NCBI RefSeq assembly: GCF_001194135.2
Contig: NC_068989.1
Coordinates: 74,298,758-74,348,415, forward strand
From: Octopus bimaculoides
Lineage: Eukaryota
DNA length: 49,658 nt
Direction: 5' to 3'
Shown: positions 12,000 to 25,576 of the stretch, piece by piece
Numbering within the stretch: the stretch's first letter is position 1
How the letters are laid out: every line of letters begins with the position of its first letter
The notes under the pieces: generated by a model
What the model was told of the DNA's origin: nothing
Databases searched by the model: none
The model's input: only the letters and a program-made list of their open reading frames with translations
Made by a program: the position numbers and the translations under genes

Positions 12000-12680
12000 T
12001 GAAGTAAATACCAGTAATACACCTAATTGATTGAATCCCTTATGCCGGTTCCAGTCGAAGTAGATCGAATGAAATCATTATACAAAAGTGAGTTATTCTT
12101 CTTACGCGTTTCTTTATCCTTGCTTTGTATTTCCAGCCAAGTTTCAGTTCCAAGGTTAAACCTCCTCACATTATTAAGACAGAGTAGCTATACGTCCCAG
12201 AATGTCGAGTGCTACGATTTGGGAGCAAGTGTGTCCTCTGGATATTCTGATAAGAAACAGTCAGTGATATTGAAGTCTTTTCTTAATATTGTATCAGTTT
12301 ATCCAAGATTTAAGCATTTTCTTTGGTATCTCAAATTCATTACATTTTTGATGTTCTCATTGAAAATTACAAAAGTTTTTATACTAAAATTTTATTTGTT
12401 TGGTTCTCATAGTTATTTAACATCACTACCCGCGGTCGATATTTTTAAATAGTTAAGACATACCACAAAAATACATAAAAGATGGGTCTTGGACATTCCA
12501 GAGTTCACAGATTTCTTAACGTATTTGCTTGAACTCTGAGGGCGACACATCAAGTGTTCAGCAGTTTCTTTTGAACAAAGATACCTTTTATTTTCTGGGA
12601 CCGTCTAGTCTAACATTCATAGACAGACATGCAACAGTCCACTCTGACATAATGTTAACATACACCACGTAACAGCAGTC
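12000..12680 (-). mobile_element. Possible decayed L1/Tx1-type LINE ORF2 C-terminal region
   Basis: Minus strand near 12580-12540 reads YLCSKETAEHLMCR, resembling the CxxC-ET-EH-C zinc knuckle of L1/Tx1 ORF2; the first Cys is missing. Confidence 0.35.
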
Positions 12681-12954
12681 TTTCAATACAGCACTAGTTT
12701 ACCTCAATATATCATTTATTGAACAAATTCTTTATCAGTATTGATTTCACAAAAACAGTCAGTAGTTTCTCTTCTCGAAACTAATTCCTCTGTGTATTGA
12801 AAGTTTATATTTCCTTTTATGTGATTATTTGTTATAAAATATAGGAAAATATACGCACTCATATGCACACGGCATTCAAAATTACAGACATACATATACG
12901 GAAACACAGAGAGGCATACTCATTTTCATACATATGTGTGTACGTGTCAGCGCA

Positions 12955-12955
<1 letters not shown>

Positions 12956-12994
<39 letters not shown>

Positions 12995-13446
12995 NNNNNN
13001 NNNNNNNNNNNNNNNNNNNNNNNNNNNNNNNNNNNNNNNNNNNNNNNNNNNNNNNNNNNNNNNNNNNNNNNNNNNNNNNNNNNNNNNNNNNNNNNNNNNN
13101 NNNNNNNNNNNNNNNNNNNNNNNNNNNNNNNNNNNNNNNNNNNNNNNNNNNNNNNNNNNNNNNNNNNNNNNNNNNNNNNNNNNNNNNNNNNNNNNNNNNN
13201 NNNNNNNNNNNNNNNNNNNNNNNNNNNNNNNNNNNNNNNNNNNNNNNNNNNNNNNNNNNNNNNNNNNNNNNNNNNNNNNNNNNNNNNNNNNNNNNNNNNN
13301 NNNNNNNNNNNNNNNNNNNNNNNNNNNNNNNNNNNNNNNNNNNNNNNNNNNNNNNNNNNNNNNNNNNNNNNNNNNNNNNNNNNNNNNNNNNNNNNNNNNN
13401 NNNNNNNNNNNNNNNNNNNNNNNNNNNNNNNNNNNNNNNNNNNNNN
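12956..13446. repeat. (TA)n running into N-gap 12995-13446
   Basis: Direct reading. Confidence 0.95.
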
Positions 13447-15074
13447 TATACACTATACACATAAAACCTACGATATCATTTTGGCAGCTGGTTGATTGAT
13501 TAATAAAAAGCTAAAAATGTATTTAACCCATTGGAGAGCAGACGTAGAAGAGAACATGTTTATGTGAGATGTGTGTCTATATGCGTAGTATGTCTGAAAA
13601 TGATAGAGAGATAGAAAAACTGAAAGAGAGATGACGTGAGTGAATGACATTGAGTAAATTTGAGTAGGTGTATTCTAAAGATTTAAATTCTTAAATCGGT
13701 AAACTTAGTGCAAAAATTACGTCTGCAGTCAAACAACCATCCAACCGCCTACTCCAATGTTGTTGCCATATAAAAAATAAAAAAAACTCTCAGTCTGTGA
13801 GTCAAGTTCCGTTATTGACTTCGGCATTATAACTGCAGGTATATCAGGAGAAAGTTACTGCTATTCAGCCGGAATCGAAGTCCTTTTATTTAAAGAACAA
13901 TAAATATTAACAATAAATATTAGCAATAAATACAGAATTCCTTCATAAATTCTCTAACCAATGTGTGGGTTAAATAAGAATATTATCATACAAAAGATCG
14001 GTAAGTGGAAGTGCATTGCCTTTTATATTTTTAGCTCAAGAATAACCTATGGATCGAAATGGCACAAAAAGTATTAGAAATGATAAGAAGGAAAAAAGGG
14101 GAGGAAATAACGTAAAAAGAAGATATGTGTCTACTTTGAATAATCTTCTTAGTACAATCACATCTTTTTCAGTATTTATTCTCATCATTCACGTTTGCTG
14201 TCAAGCAAATAGTTTTTTATGATACCCCATTTATATATTTTATGTATTCCTTACTAAGAAGAGGTAGAACAGCAAGAATCGACAGTGATCGGTCCAAAGG
14301 TTCAATTATAACTTAACTTTTGTTTTGATTTCAAATTGTTTTAGTGCTAAATTAAAATGACGTTTTCTCAGAGCTCAATAAACTAAGTGCTAATCAAGAT
14401 GCAATGTCAGTTTAATCGACTAAAACACATTTTCCTTGTATAGCGGATGTATATATATCACAGGAAACAATACTCGTAACAACGCTTGGTGGATTACAGA
14501 ATCATAAGAAATTAGGAAAAGTGCTTTGTATTTAAAAAGTTGTGAGTTCAAACCTCGCTGAAAATGATATCCTGGATCGATAAGATAGATCACTAATGAA
14601 CTACTGAGTACGTAATCTGTTATAACCATTCCCAATATATATATATATATATATATANNNNNNNNNNNNNNNNNNNNNNNNNNNNNNNNNNNNNNNNNNN
14701 NNNNNNNNNNNNNNNNNNNNNNNNNNNNNNNNNNNNNNNNNNNNNNNNNNNNNNNNNNNNNNNNNNNNNNNNNNNNNNNNNNNNNNNNNNNNNNNNNNNN
14801 NNNNNNNNNNNNNNNNNNNNNNNNNNNNNNNNNNNNNNNNNNNNNNNNNNNNNNNNNNNNNNNNNNNNNNNNNNNNNNNATAACCTATTGAAGTTTTGTT
14901 GCTTAGCTTCAAATTTTATTCACCAAATCTCTTGATTTTGTTTTTGGTATTTTACCCTACCAAATTCTGGTGCCTCAAACATTTTAAGTACCACATTTAA
15001 TCTTTTGATTAAATCTATATTATATATATATCCTCTTAGCTTAGTTTTTCCTTGGGGCTAGCCGGATTGGAGCA

Positions 15075-15245
15075 ATATCGACAATAACCAGCCGAAATTG
15101 CAAAGATAATCTGGATCTCGACTGCAGAGAGAAAACTCCGAATGACCTGTCCGTGTTTTCTTTGTATCGTCTATCTGTATGTTTTGTCCCTTTCTTGTAT
15201 CACCTAACTGTCTGGATGTTTTGCATTCTCATCCCATTCTGTATC
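15075..15245 (+). mobile_element. Interspersed repeat fragment, probably a non-LTR retroelement 3' region
   Basis: AATAACCAGCCGAAATTGCAAAGATAATCTGGA is recalled as an abundant octopus repeat; recall only, not verified. Confidence 0.35.
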
Positions 15246-15749
15246 ATATATATATATATGTGGGGGGGGGGGTGTAATCCATTCCCTATTATGTTAAGTT
15301 GTTTTGAATACCAACGCTAGTGACTTTCAGGAAAAGCATGAATCAGATTTTGCTGATTCAAAAGAATAAAAAGATAAGAAAGGAATTTCGTGATTGGCAA
15401 AAATGGGGGCTATTTCAATGTCCATTGGAAGTGTTTAATTTCCTACAACTACATTCTGGCGCTGACTATGCATTTCATTCAAATCTACTCATATAAAATG
15501 GTAAAATTCATTCATATGTATACCTGCACTATAAATACAGTGAGTTGAATCAATACAAGTAATCTTACATTTTAAACAAATCATGGACGATCAACTAAGA
15601 TAATAAAACAACAGGATAAAATGGTAAATTAATTGTTCCTGGAAAGATTGAGTTACATAATGTTTTAATTGAAACGTCACAGTAATTGTCTCTGTCTAAT
15701 ATCGCCACAGGTACAAACACTTATAACGAATACATTGAACATTTCAAAT

Positions 15750-16625
15750 GAAAACCCCGTACTCGAACTTCCACCATTTCATTGTCCCCCAAACTACCTA
15801 ACCAGACAATCCCGGTCATCCTATTATCTCGTTCTGTAACCACCCTACTGAACTTCTCAAAATCGTACATTGACAAAATGTTAGCACAACTCGTTGCTTT
15901 ACTCCCACAGATTAAAGTCGCCTACCATGTCCTGAACCTGATCAACTCGCTCTGTTTTCCGCCTGGAGAGTTAAAACTCGTTCACACTATGGACATTAAA
16001 CCACTCTAAGGCAGTCATCCCCTCAACAAGGGCTTATCAGCTCTTAAACACTTCCTTGACCTTTTCCTTCTACTTCTATCCAGCAGTACAACTTACATCC
16101 TGTTAAGCGAGCACGTCCTAATACTTAATATTCTTACTTACTCTGGAGAATTTACAAACAACTCAGCATATTGCAATGAGGCCTAGGATTGGCTTCAATT
16201 ATGCAAATCTCTTTCTAGACCACATTGAAAAGTCAAGTTTTTGTTAAATTTATCAGACGCACCCCGAATTGTACGGTCGTTATATTGACAACTGTGTCGG
16301 TGCTACTCTTTTCATCAGATAACAACTGGAAAGTTTTATTTCCTTCGTTAACTTCTTTCATCTTGCCTTGGAACTTGCCTCCACCGTATCCAATATATCC
16401 GTTAGGTATCTCTCGATATCGCCATCATTATATACAATACTCATCTGTCCACGTCTCACGGGAAGAGTAACTACTCGGACTTCTATCCCTAGTTCTCTTC
16501 TCATTCCAAATTTTAAAAAATTATCATACTTTCTCTCAGTTCCTTCACCATCGCCATCTCTTCAGCATTGATTCTGATTTCGAATGCGAAGGCATCCGAT
16601 AATTCTTCCTGAAGCGAGTGTAACC
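15750..16625 (+). mobile_element. Penelope-like element reverse transcriptase pseudogene fragment
   Basis: Frameshifted motifs in the correct order: PDNPGHPIISFCNHPTELL, HTMDIKPL, GLSALKHFLD, NYANLF, HPELYGRYIDNCVG (YIDD changed to YIDN at 16281-16292) and QLESFISFVNFFH. Confidence 0.85.
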
Positions 16626-16773
16626 TTAATCAACTGTAGGCCCTACATTTTGAATAAAGTTTCCCATGTGTATTGAGTCTAAAAGATTATTTGAAGATAA
16701 AAGGCTCGTTGTATAAATCTGGTGAATTATTGTGCTTCGTGACATGGAACAATTAGTAGCTCATATTTAGACA

Positions 16774-16776
<3 letters not shown>

Positions 16777-16865
<89 letters not shown>
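16777..16865. repeat. (TA)n/(TATG)n microsatellite
   Basis: Direct reading. Confidence 0.95.
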
Positions 16866-16867
<2 letters not shown>

Positions 16868-17202
16868 TCTGTAATAGGTTACTTCAAACTTTCTGGTTCG
16901 TAGTAATATCCAGTGAATTCTATGATTTCAGACGATCATTAGGTACATGCTATACTCTCAAAGTTACTATACAATTAATCTTTCAAACTTTCAATAAAGA
17001 AACTATATTCATCTTGTTCTGTATCGGTATAACCTAATTAGTCAAACCTGTGTTGAGGTTTCTCTTTATGTTGATATTGATTGGAGTACACGCCCGTTCG
17101 CATGGATAGGGATATTGATATTCCTTCTGAATACGTTTAAATTCACCATCAATCCTGCTTCGTTATAGAAACATATATAGTGCTCTCTCAGTTCATTATC
17201 CG

Positions 17203-17204
<2 letters not shown>

Positions 17205-17248
<44 letters not shown>

Positions 17249-17253
17249 TTCTT

Positions 17254-17352
<99 letters not shown>

Positions 17353-17360
17353 TTCTTTCT
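17205..17360. repeat. Compound (CT)n/(CTAT)n/(TA)n microsatellite
   Basis: Direct reading; explains ORF 17180-17605. Confidence 0.95.
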
Positions 17361-17504
17361 CCCTCCACTCTCTCTTGCAAAGTCTCGCACATACACATAT
17401 ACCCTTCACGCATCTCTCTTTCTCTTTCTCACGTAATACAAACACAGCATATATTTTTCTCTTCCTTCGTCGCCTACATCAATACGCACACGGTAGTCAT
17501 TATA

Positions 17505-17620
17505 GCTTTGTAGGCTTATGTTTTGCTCAAATACTCAATGTATCATCTGGGCTAGGAACTGAACCCACAAACTTATGCCCAAGTGACATACATCATAACC
17601 ACTAGGCCATGCCCTTGCAC
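17505..17620 (-). mobile_element. tRNA-derived SINE 5' part
   Basis: Minus strand has A-box TGGCCTAGTGG and B-box GGTTCAGTTCC at tRNA-like spacing, with no cloverleaf 3' half. Confidence 0.7.
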
Positions 17621-18074
17621 CTTCGCTCTGTAAAGAAGTAGGCGAATAATTCAACAAATTTCGCTTATCAAATGCCTATTCGCTATCGTGTGGATGTACT
17701 TAAATCGATTAAAGTCTCATCTCTTATCAATTCTCAAAAGCATTCTTACATATATTCCAAAATCAAATCAAAGCTCTGGGGAAAATGTCGTATTTATTGG
17801 TACAATTAGTATTTCATCTGCGTTCACCAAAATTTGTATGGTGTAGTTATTTTTGTCATGTCGTTAATTATAAGTGTGCTGAAGACAGTAGACTTCTTTC
17901 AACGACTCCGAGGAAGATGTTAATTAAGTAGCTCTAACTAACGACAGAATCAATTTGTCAATGACACTACGACATCCAATGCTGAAGGAAGTCTTTCTAT
18001 AATATCGTACTAGTCGTCCTAAAAGTCCATTAGATTTTAATTACACTTCGATGTTAAATTAGTGAAAGTGGTAG

Positions 18075-18240
18075 GGTGCGATGGCTGCACCAGTACCTGC
18101 TTAGTGCACATTACAGCTGAGTAAACTGGAAAAACATGAATTGACGTACATTGTTGTAGGACATAACATGCTATTTTGTCTAAGAATTGAACTCACAACA
18201 TTAAGATTATGAAAAGAACAACCTATCCACTAGGCCACAC
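18075..18240 (-). mobile_element. tRNA-derived SINE, decayed
   Basis: Minus strand has A-box TGGCCTAGTGG, B-box GAGTTCAATTC and a CCAGTTTACTCAGCTG body motif. Confidence 0.65.
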
Positions 18241-19689
18241 ATTTTTCTAGTCAGAAGCTATATTTTTGATGTAACGATTAATCTGTACGTATGAGTTTGA
18301 GGTGTATCTGCTAGTAACAGTAGACATCGATAGTTAAATGCTGATCACTCAACGCTATAGTTTTGGAGAGCTGTGAAACTACAAGTTAGGTAGATTTTAG
18401 CTTAATTTTGAATTCCAGTCTTCACATTTGGACAAGAACATGAGAAGTCATTCTTGTGTATCGGTCCATGAAAAAAACGAGTAGTTTCATCATAATTAAG
18501 AATAGAATTTGCAATACAACTGCTAAGAAAGAATCGCTGATATGGGTGGTTAAATGTTCACTATTAAACTAGATAAATTCGAGCTTGTGAAGTCAATTTC
18601 ATTACGTTGTAAACGATATAAATTGGTATCTTATAATGCTAAATATTTCAATGTAACGCCCAAAACCTTTTATAATAGATATATAAGTATATCCAAGACA
18701 TATAAGATACTTCAATAAAATAGATGATATTTGTCTTACTGATTCAGTGAATTTCAAACTAAGCTTTTAAGTAGTTGTAAGAAATTATTGAAGAGTGTGC
18801 TCAAGGAAATATTGGATTATACATGAAAAGAAATACAGGTCGTTATTTTTCTATGCAGATATAGATATACGCTTGACGTGATTTATAATGAAACATGATA
18901 CCTCATTATGAATAACATTCACACACAACACACTATCACGTCGCTTCTCACTTTTCCTCCATTTTTATTATTATATATTCTCTAACTACTTGTACACCAT
19001 ATCTCGTATATGTCTTCTAGATTTGCTCCGTCTCTCATATCATTGACCAAAAATTCAGATTATTCCATGACATTAACTGACCGACTGGAAATCTTTGAAT
19101 TAAGATAAAGCATAAACAGAAAATTAAGTTGAAATATTTTGATACCGTCAGGCGAGAAGCAGCAACAATGTTGCAAATTATGTTTGGTTTAAGCATGTAT
19201 AAATCACATAATGGAATTTGTAGGGTACATAGCTTAACCTTCAACCATACTTGGTAAACATATAGACATATCTTTTCTTTAGAGAACTTCAAATGTTTGG
19301 ATAAGTTTGAATGTTGCATGAAGAAAATCTGAATAAGTAAAAGAACCTTTCTTCTCTCCAGACGATGCTTTTGTCCCCAAAACTCAGATTCCACTTCTCC
19401 ACATTGCATACGAAGCCATCGAAAATCTTAAATTTATTTGTATAATTTTTACTGATGTAGACTTAAAATGATTTTCATTCGATTTCTTTTTTAATAATTT
19501 GTTCGTAATTTTCAGCTGCCAGGTTCCAAGATCTTAAACAAATTTCGTCTGTCTGTATAAATGTAATAGAAGTCATAGCGCTTCCTAAACATGACACATG
19601 TATTCATAGTTAACATTGGCCCATGTAATTTTCCGATGACCTTTACGTACAACTACAGATTTTTGAGAAAAAAATCAAAACAAATCCAT

Positions 19690-20010
19690 GTGTGTATGTA
19701 TGTGTGTGTGTGTGTAAGTGTGTGTGTGTGTGAGAGTGTGTGTGTGTGTGTCTGTCTGTCTCTGCGTATGTGTGTGAGAGAGAGTGTGTGTGTCTGTACG
19801 TATATATATANNNNNNNNNNNNNNNNNNNNNNNNNNNNNNNNNNNNNNNNNNNNNNNNNNNNNNNNNNNNNNNNNNNNNNNNNNNNNNNNNNNNNNNNNN
19901 NNNNNNNNNNNNNNNNNNNNNNNNNNNNNNNNNNNNNNNNNNNNNNNNNNNNNNNNNNNNNNNNNNNNNNNNNNNNNNNNNNNNNNNNNNNNNNNNNNNN
20001 NNNNNNNNNN
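19690..20010. repeat. (TG)n-rich microsatellite and N-gap 19811-20010
   Basis: Direct reading. Confidence 0.95.
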
Positions 20011-20207
20011 ATCCTTGAGATCTTTCTAACTGTAAATATGGATAACAAATTTTGGAAGAATTAAATTTTGGCAAATTTAAATGGAAAGTTTTTTTAAAAA
20101 CATATTTGTATAGTATTCAAATACCAGGGGAAGTTTCCTTGTTTCTGTCTGTCTTTGTTTCTCTTGTTAACTCTTGTGAGTTCGAGGTCGTTGTGAATTC
20201 TTGGCTA

Positions 20208-20262
<55 letters not shown>

Positions 20263-20336
20263 GATTGATAGATACATACATACATACATACACAAATTCA
20301 CATATGTATACATACATATCTCTTTCTCTATGTGAT

Positions 20337-20373
<37 letters not shown>

Positions 20374-20685
20374 CTATATGTATATATGCGCATATGTACA
20401 GGCTGTGATGGGAAAATTTTCGCAATGTTATATGTTTAATTTCACGCTCGCGATTTCCTTGATTATCGATTATACAGTATAGCAGGATTAGTTGGGCACT
20501 GTCTGTGAGAAAAACATCTTTAATTGATTATTCCGGAGTATATTCACCATCTACTTCAATTACTGCCTCCCATTTGCTTGGCAGACGGTCAGACCGTCAT
20601 TTAAAGATGTTTTTGTTAAATATTGTTATTGATTTGTTGAATAAATTTTGTTGAAAAAAAACCGCAATAATTATGCACCAACCCA

Positions 20686-20793
<108 letters not shown>

Positions 20794-21022
20794 GCGCGTG
20801 TGTGAGTGTGTGTATTATGGTTTTCTGGGTAAACATTTGCATAATAAAACATAAAATGATTGAAAGGTTGCCTCAAGATGTAAAAGAGAAAGCAATAAAC
20901 GATGACGCTGATAATCTAAAAGACAAATTACTCCAAAGACTGTCCATACATCTTTCATTCTTATTATAAGATGGCTGCAATGGTTTTACTTGCACGATCT
21001 CAAAAATGCCATTGTGGTGTTC

Positions 21023-21532
21023 GGCTTGCATCTGTTTTGCTGCATCCACAGTGAGGCCTGGTTCTGTCGGCACGTCACTCTAAACGGCATCATCAAAAGG
21101 GTCCTCCACGTAGCCGGCTTTCTATCAAAATTGGAGTCAACAAGTCTTGGCCCCCGTGAATGTTAAGCGCCCGATCTAATAACCCACTTTCCATTCGAGG
21201 GAGATAAATCTTTAATCCGGAACTTACTGTGGCGCATTATCCGTCTCCAACTTTGCCGCTTCGACCTCTAAACCAGCTGTCGTCGCCTGTAATGCAGAGG
21301 ACCTGAAGATAACGAAGGACCGGTGTTTTACAAGTCGCTACCTGTTCGTACAAGTTGCCGTCGAGATCTCAGATTTCTGGGATCCCGTACTGCTGATTTC
21401 CTCTGCAAAATCGGAACGACAGAGGCCCCTCCTGGAAATGATCCCCGTGAGCTGGGGTGTTGGCTACAACGACTGTTGATGACGTTTCTCCGCGGCAGTG
21501 CCTTTGCAATTATGCCAGAAACGTGCGATTGA
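21023..21532 (+). mobile_element. CRE-like non-LTR retrotransposon C-terminus (zinc motif plus restriction-like endonuclease), decayed
   Basis: Broken frames read GLHLFCCIHSEAWFCRHVTLNGIIKRVLHVAGFLSKLESTSLGPREC*APDLITHFPFEGDKSL, AEDLKITK, RYLFVQVAVEIS and DPRELGCWLQRLLMTFLRGSAFAI. These match the RH-RPD-K-QRLS-RGNA pattern of CRE-type elements. Confidence 0.8.
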
Positions 21533-21865
21533 ACACAAAATTTAGATTGAGGTGTGCAACCTGTTACTCTCCTGCTTAATCTCCCATTTTTTTCTTTTAC
21601 CTTTTCATTGTTTTCTTGCTGAAGTAATTCTGGAATTCCTTTTCCTAATTCAGTATTTTAATCAATTCGTCTTCTCATACATTTCTTTGACTTTCTATAA
21701 TTTTCCGAGTTGCAAGGTCAAATCCTTCCCATATTTAGTTTTTAATATTGGGCTTCAGAATGGTAACGTTTTGGTTTCATAGACGAAAATGGAGGTGATA
21801 TCATTCATAGACTTAATTTGTTCTTTATATAACGTCATTAATATCACAAAGTATTATCCCAATGC

Positions 21866-21879
21866 AATATATATATATG

Positions 21880-21964
<85 letters not shown>
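21866..21964. repeat. (TA)n/(TG)n microsatellite
   Basis: Direct reading. Confidence 0.95.
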
Positions 21965-21968
<4 letters not shown>

Positions 21969-22839
21969 CATGATATATGTTTATATCAACCTGGAATGGA
22001 ACAACAAAGTAATATTATTCAACTTGGATAACTCACATTCTTTGCGACACAATATTAAACATCAGATCCTCTTCTGGTAATCTAATATCCATACGATTCA
22101 AGGTATTACTATGCTTAAGTACATTACAGGTGTTTATTATTAATTATTATGCTGTTAGCATATCGAGGATACTTTAGAAATCAGTAATTGAAATTAACGA
22201 AAATGCTTAGGTATATATACATTAGAGATTGCAAATGGTTAACTGTGCTTTAAAAATAAATATAACCGTAAAATTTTATTGCCAGACGTTATATGACATT
22301 TAAAGTCTAGCCTATTTTTGTACGTAAACACAATGTAAGCCTTCTAATGTAATTCCAATTACTGAGTTGCAGGCTTAAAAATGAAACAAATTGATTAGCG
22401 TGACAGACTAGATGTTTTTTCCCTCCTGAGACTAATTCACATGATATATCGCAAATTAATATAATGCTTGTTATAGTATCGGTATCTTTAATAGTGAATA
22501 CCGCTAACAAAATGTTTTGCTGTTTTTATTTTACTAGGATATATCTTTATAAATTTCTAAGATAATTTGCTTTCTGAAGCATTTTTAATATATACTATGC
22601 AAGCCAGATTTCCCTTTCAGTTTACCCACATCTATTACTCGTATAAGTACATACATACATATATGCATATGTATACATATACATACGTACATACATACAT
22701 ACATGCATAAGAGATACATGGAGATCGATGGATATATATATATGTGTGTGTGTGTGTGTGTCTATGTGTATGCATGTATATATATATATAGATAAATTTA
22801 CTTGGAAATGGATGCATGGCGTTTTAACATATAATAATA

Positions 22840-22884
<45 letters not shown>

Positions 22885-23596
22885 CATATATACATACTTA
22901 TCTGTAAATATATACATACATATTCATATGTGGGTACAGGACGTCACAAAATGCAAACAACATGAAATACGAAGACAATCTTGGGTCTGCGAACAACAAG
23001 AGAAACAAATGGAAAACAATGCAATTCGTCTGTCCTACTCTTATCGCTCGTTACTATTTTGTTGGATTCGTAATTGCCTTAAAGGAACTGATTTTAACCG
23101 CAAGTGTATCAACATGCATTAAATTTATTTCGAAGTGAGCATCTTCAGTATTAGGTAAATAATTCGACCATACAAATGTGTACTTATAACCATCTATTGA
23201 TCTATCTGTCCTGTAAGTTTTGCTGCGTTGTGTTCACGCAAAAGATCCATAATCCTCCAAAAGCTGTTTTGAAATAAATCGGTAAAACAAAAGAACGAGC
23301 CAAATGCCTTGTAACCAACAAAGGTATCGACAAATGTTATATAAGCCTATAGTGAAGTTGAATTTTTCCAATTGATTCAATCAGAAATATGTTAACGTGA
23401 AGTATAAAATATTGATTTGTATCTTCGGTACAAAGTGAAAAATTTTATGCGGAAAGAGAAGTCGATGATATCGACCCTGTTACTAAGCTTAAACTTAATT
23501 TATGGACTTCAGTGGGATTTGAAATCTCAGTGTAATGGAACACAACTAAATAGCGGAAGGTATTCTTCCAATCTATCTATATTGTAATCTTTTCTT

Positions 23597-23790
23597 TTCT
23601 ACTCGAGATACAAGGCCCGAATATTTGGGGGAGGGGGCTAGTCGATTAGATCGACCCCAGTATGCACTGGTACTTAATTTATCGACTCCGAAAGGATGAG
23701 AGGCAAAGTCGACCTCAGAAGAATTTGAACTCAGACGAAATACCGCTAAGCATTTCGCCTAGCGTGCTAACGTTTCTGCCAGCTCGCAGC
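23597..23790 (-). mobile_element. SINE, near full length (GAGGTCGACTTTGCC family)
   Basis: Reverse complement of the 29023-29236 copy: head GCGAGCTGGCAGAAACGTTAGCACG, B-box GAGTTCAAAT and core GAGGTCGACTTTGCC. Confidence 0.85.
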
Positions 23791-24019
23791 TTTAATAGTC
23801 TTAAGTATTGGACGTGGAAGAGTACAGGACAAGAATTAAAAAAGTTAAATATTGCTGCGAAATTTAGAATTTGGTGAAGGAATTTCTGAAATTGTTCATC
23901 AAATCGTGTGTTCAATTTTTCTTTTTTATACTTTTTTATACTTTTTGGATTTTCATTGCAAATTGTTTTAATTTAAGTTAATATTTTGGTTTATATAATT
24001 GTTTGCAATAATCTAAAAT

Positions 24020-24548
24020 NNNNNNNNNNNNNNNNNNNNNNNNNNNNNNNNNNNNNNNNNNNNNNNNNNNNNNNNNNNNNNNNNNNNNNNNNNNNNNNNN
24101 NNNNNNNNNNNNNNNNNNNNNNNNNNNNNNNNNNNNNNNNNNNNNNNNNNNNNNNNNNNNNNNNNNNNNNNNNNNNNNNNNNNNNNNNNNNNNNNNNNNN
24201 NNNNNNNNNNNNNNNNNNNNNNNNNNNNNNNNNNNNNNNNNNNNNNNNNNNNNNNNNNNNNNNNNNNNNNNNNNNNNNNNNNNNNNNNNNNNNNNNNNNN
24301 NNNNNNNNNNNNNNNNNNNNNNNNNNNNNNNNNNNNNNNNNNNNNNNNNNNNNNNNNNNNNNNNNNNNNNNNNNNNNNNNNNNNNNNNNNNNNNNNNNNN
24401 NNNNNNNNNNNNNNNNNNNNNNNNNNNNNNNNNNNNNNNNNNNNNNNNNNNNNNNNNNNNNNNNNNNNNNNNNNNNNNNNNNNNNNNNNNNNNNNNNNNN
24501 NNNNNNNNNNNNNNNNNNNNNNNNNNNNNNNNNNNNNNNNNNNNNNNN
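24020..24548. other. Assembly gap (N run)
   Basis: N bases. Confidence 1.
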
Positions 24549-25543
24549 TTTAAACTATTCTGTAAAAATGAAAAAATAAAAGAGCATTTATTACTATTTT
24601 TATTTAATCATAACTTTTTCTCATTGACTTGCATTTTTCCAACGTTAACTACTGCATATTCAAGGATTCAATATTCAAGAATATTCTAGCATTCTGCATC
24701 CGCATTTTTCATTCTAGTCCACTTTTCTCTATTATTATAATTAATTATATTTACTTCTATATTTCTCATTTTAGTAATGGTAAAAATAAAACACGAATGT
24801 TTTAATATAAAGACATTTTAAAATAAAAAATATTAACGTAATTTTTTCAAATTGCAAGTAACAAATAATTTTTTAAATATAAAAAAGCGACACATTCGAT
24901 AAACAATTTCAGAAATTAATTTTGATCCAAATTTTCTCAAACACCTTCAGTTTTCTCAGTTTTTGCTTGGTAACTCGTCGCATATTTTGTCAATATCATA
25001 CTGTTTTCTCCAATATTGCCTACCATATTAAAAGCAGTAAAGATTCTAATCAGCGATAAATTTTTCAGATGATTTTTCTTTGAAGTTGCTTTTTAACGTC
25101 TTTTCTATTTCTTCTTAACTTAACACCTTTATCAACAGTGAAGAAATGGAATCATCTTTCAGCATTAAGCAAGCCAAGTTTTCATACTTTACCAGATTTT
25201 CTTTTTTCTTTTCCATAATTGTCTTGTAAGTTTTGCTGTATGAATCATCTGAAAACAATCGACCAAATTGTAAAGAGATGGTGCTAAATACTGGACATAC
25301 CAATTTGCTAGTAATATATATTTTTGAATTTTTTTCTGGAGATTCTTTATCATAAATAGGTGTATAATTCACAAAAATGTTCATATGACCATCAGGAGCC
25401 CGTCTTTATTAATAATAGATTCTCCAAACACGTGTGACGTTGCCGAAACCACATAATTAACTATAGCTTGTAATTGGTGATAAATATGTTCACTATGAGC
25501 AAAGGTATCATTTACACACAAACTGCTTGTTCTGACAGTTTGA

Positions 25544-25545
<2 letters not shown>

Positions 25546-25576
<31 letters not shown>

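Noticed and set aside
17505-18240. Apparent tRNA genes with A and B boxes
   Set aside because: No cloverleaf or acceptor stem; they continue into SINE body sequence.
19035-19430. 124-aa minus ORF and a plus-strand acceptor-like site near 19360
   Set aside because: No recognisable domain and the candidate exons contain stops; possibly an old repeat.
24550-25480. AT-rich region with an 89-aa minus ORF
   Set aside because: Lys/Ser-biased with no motif I can name; such ORFs arise by chance in AT-rich DNA.
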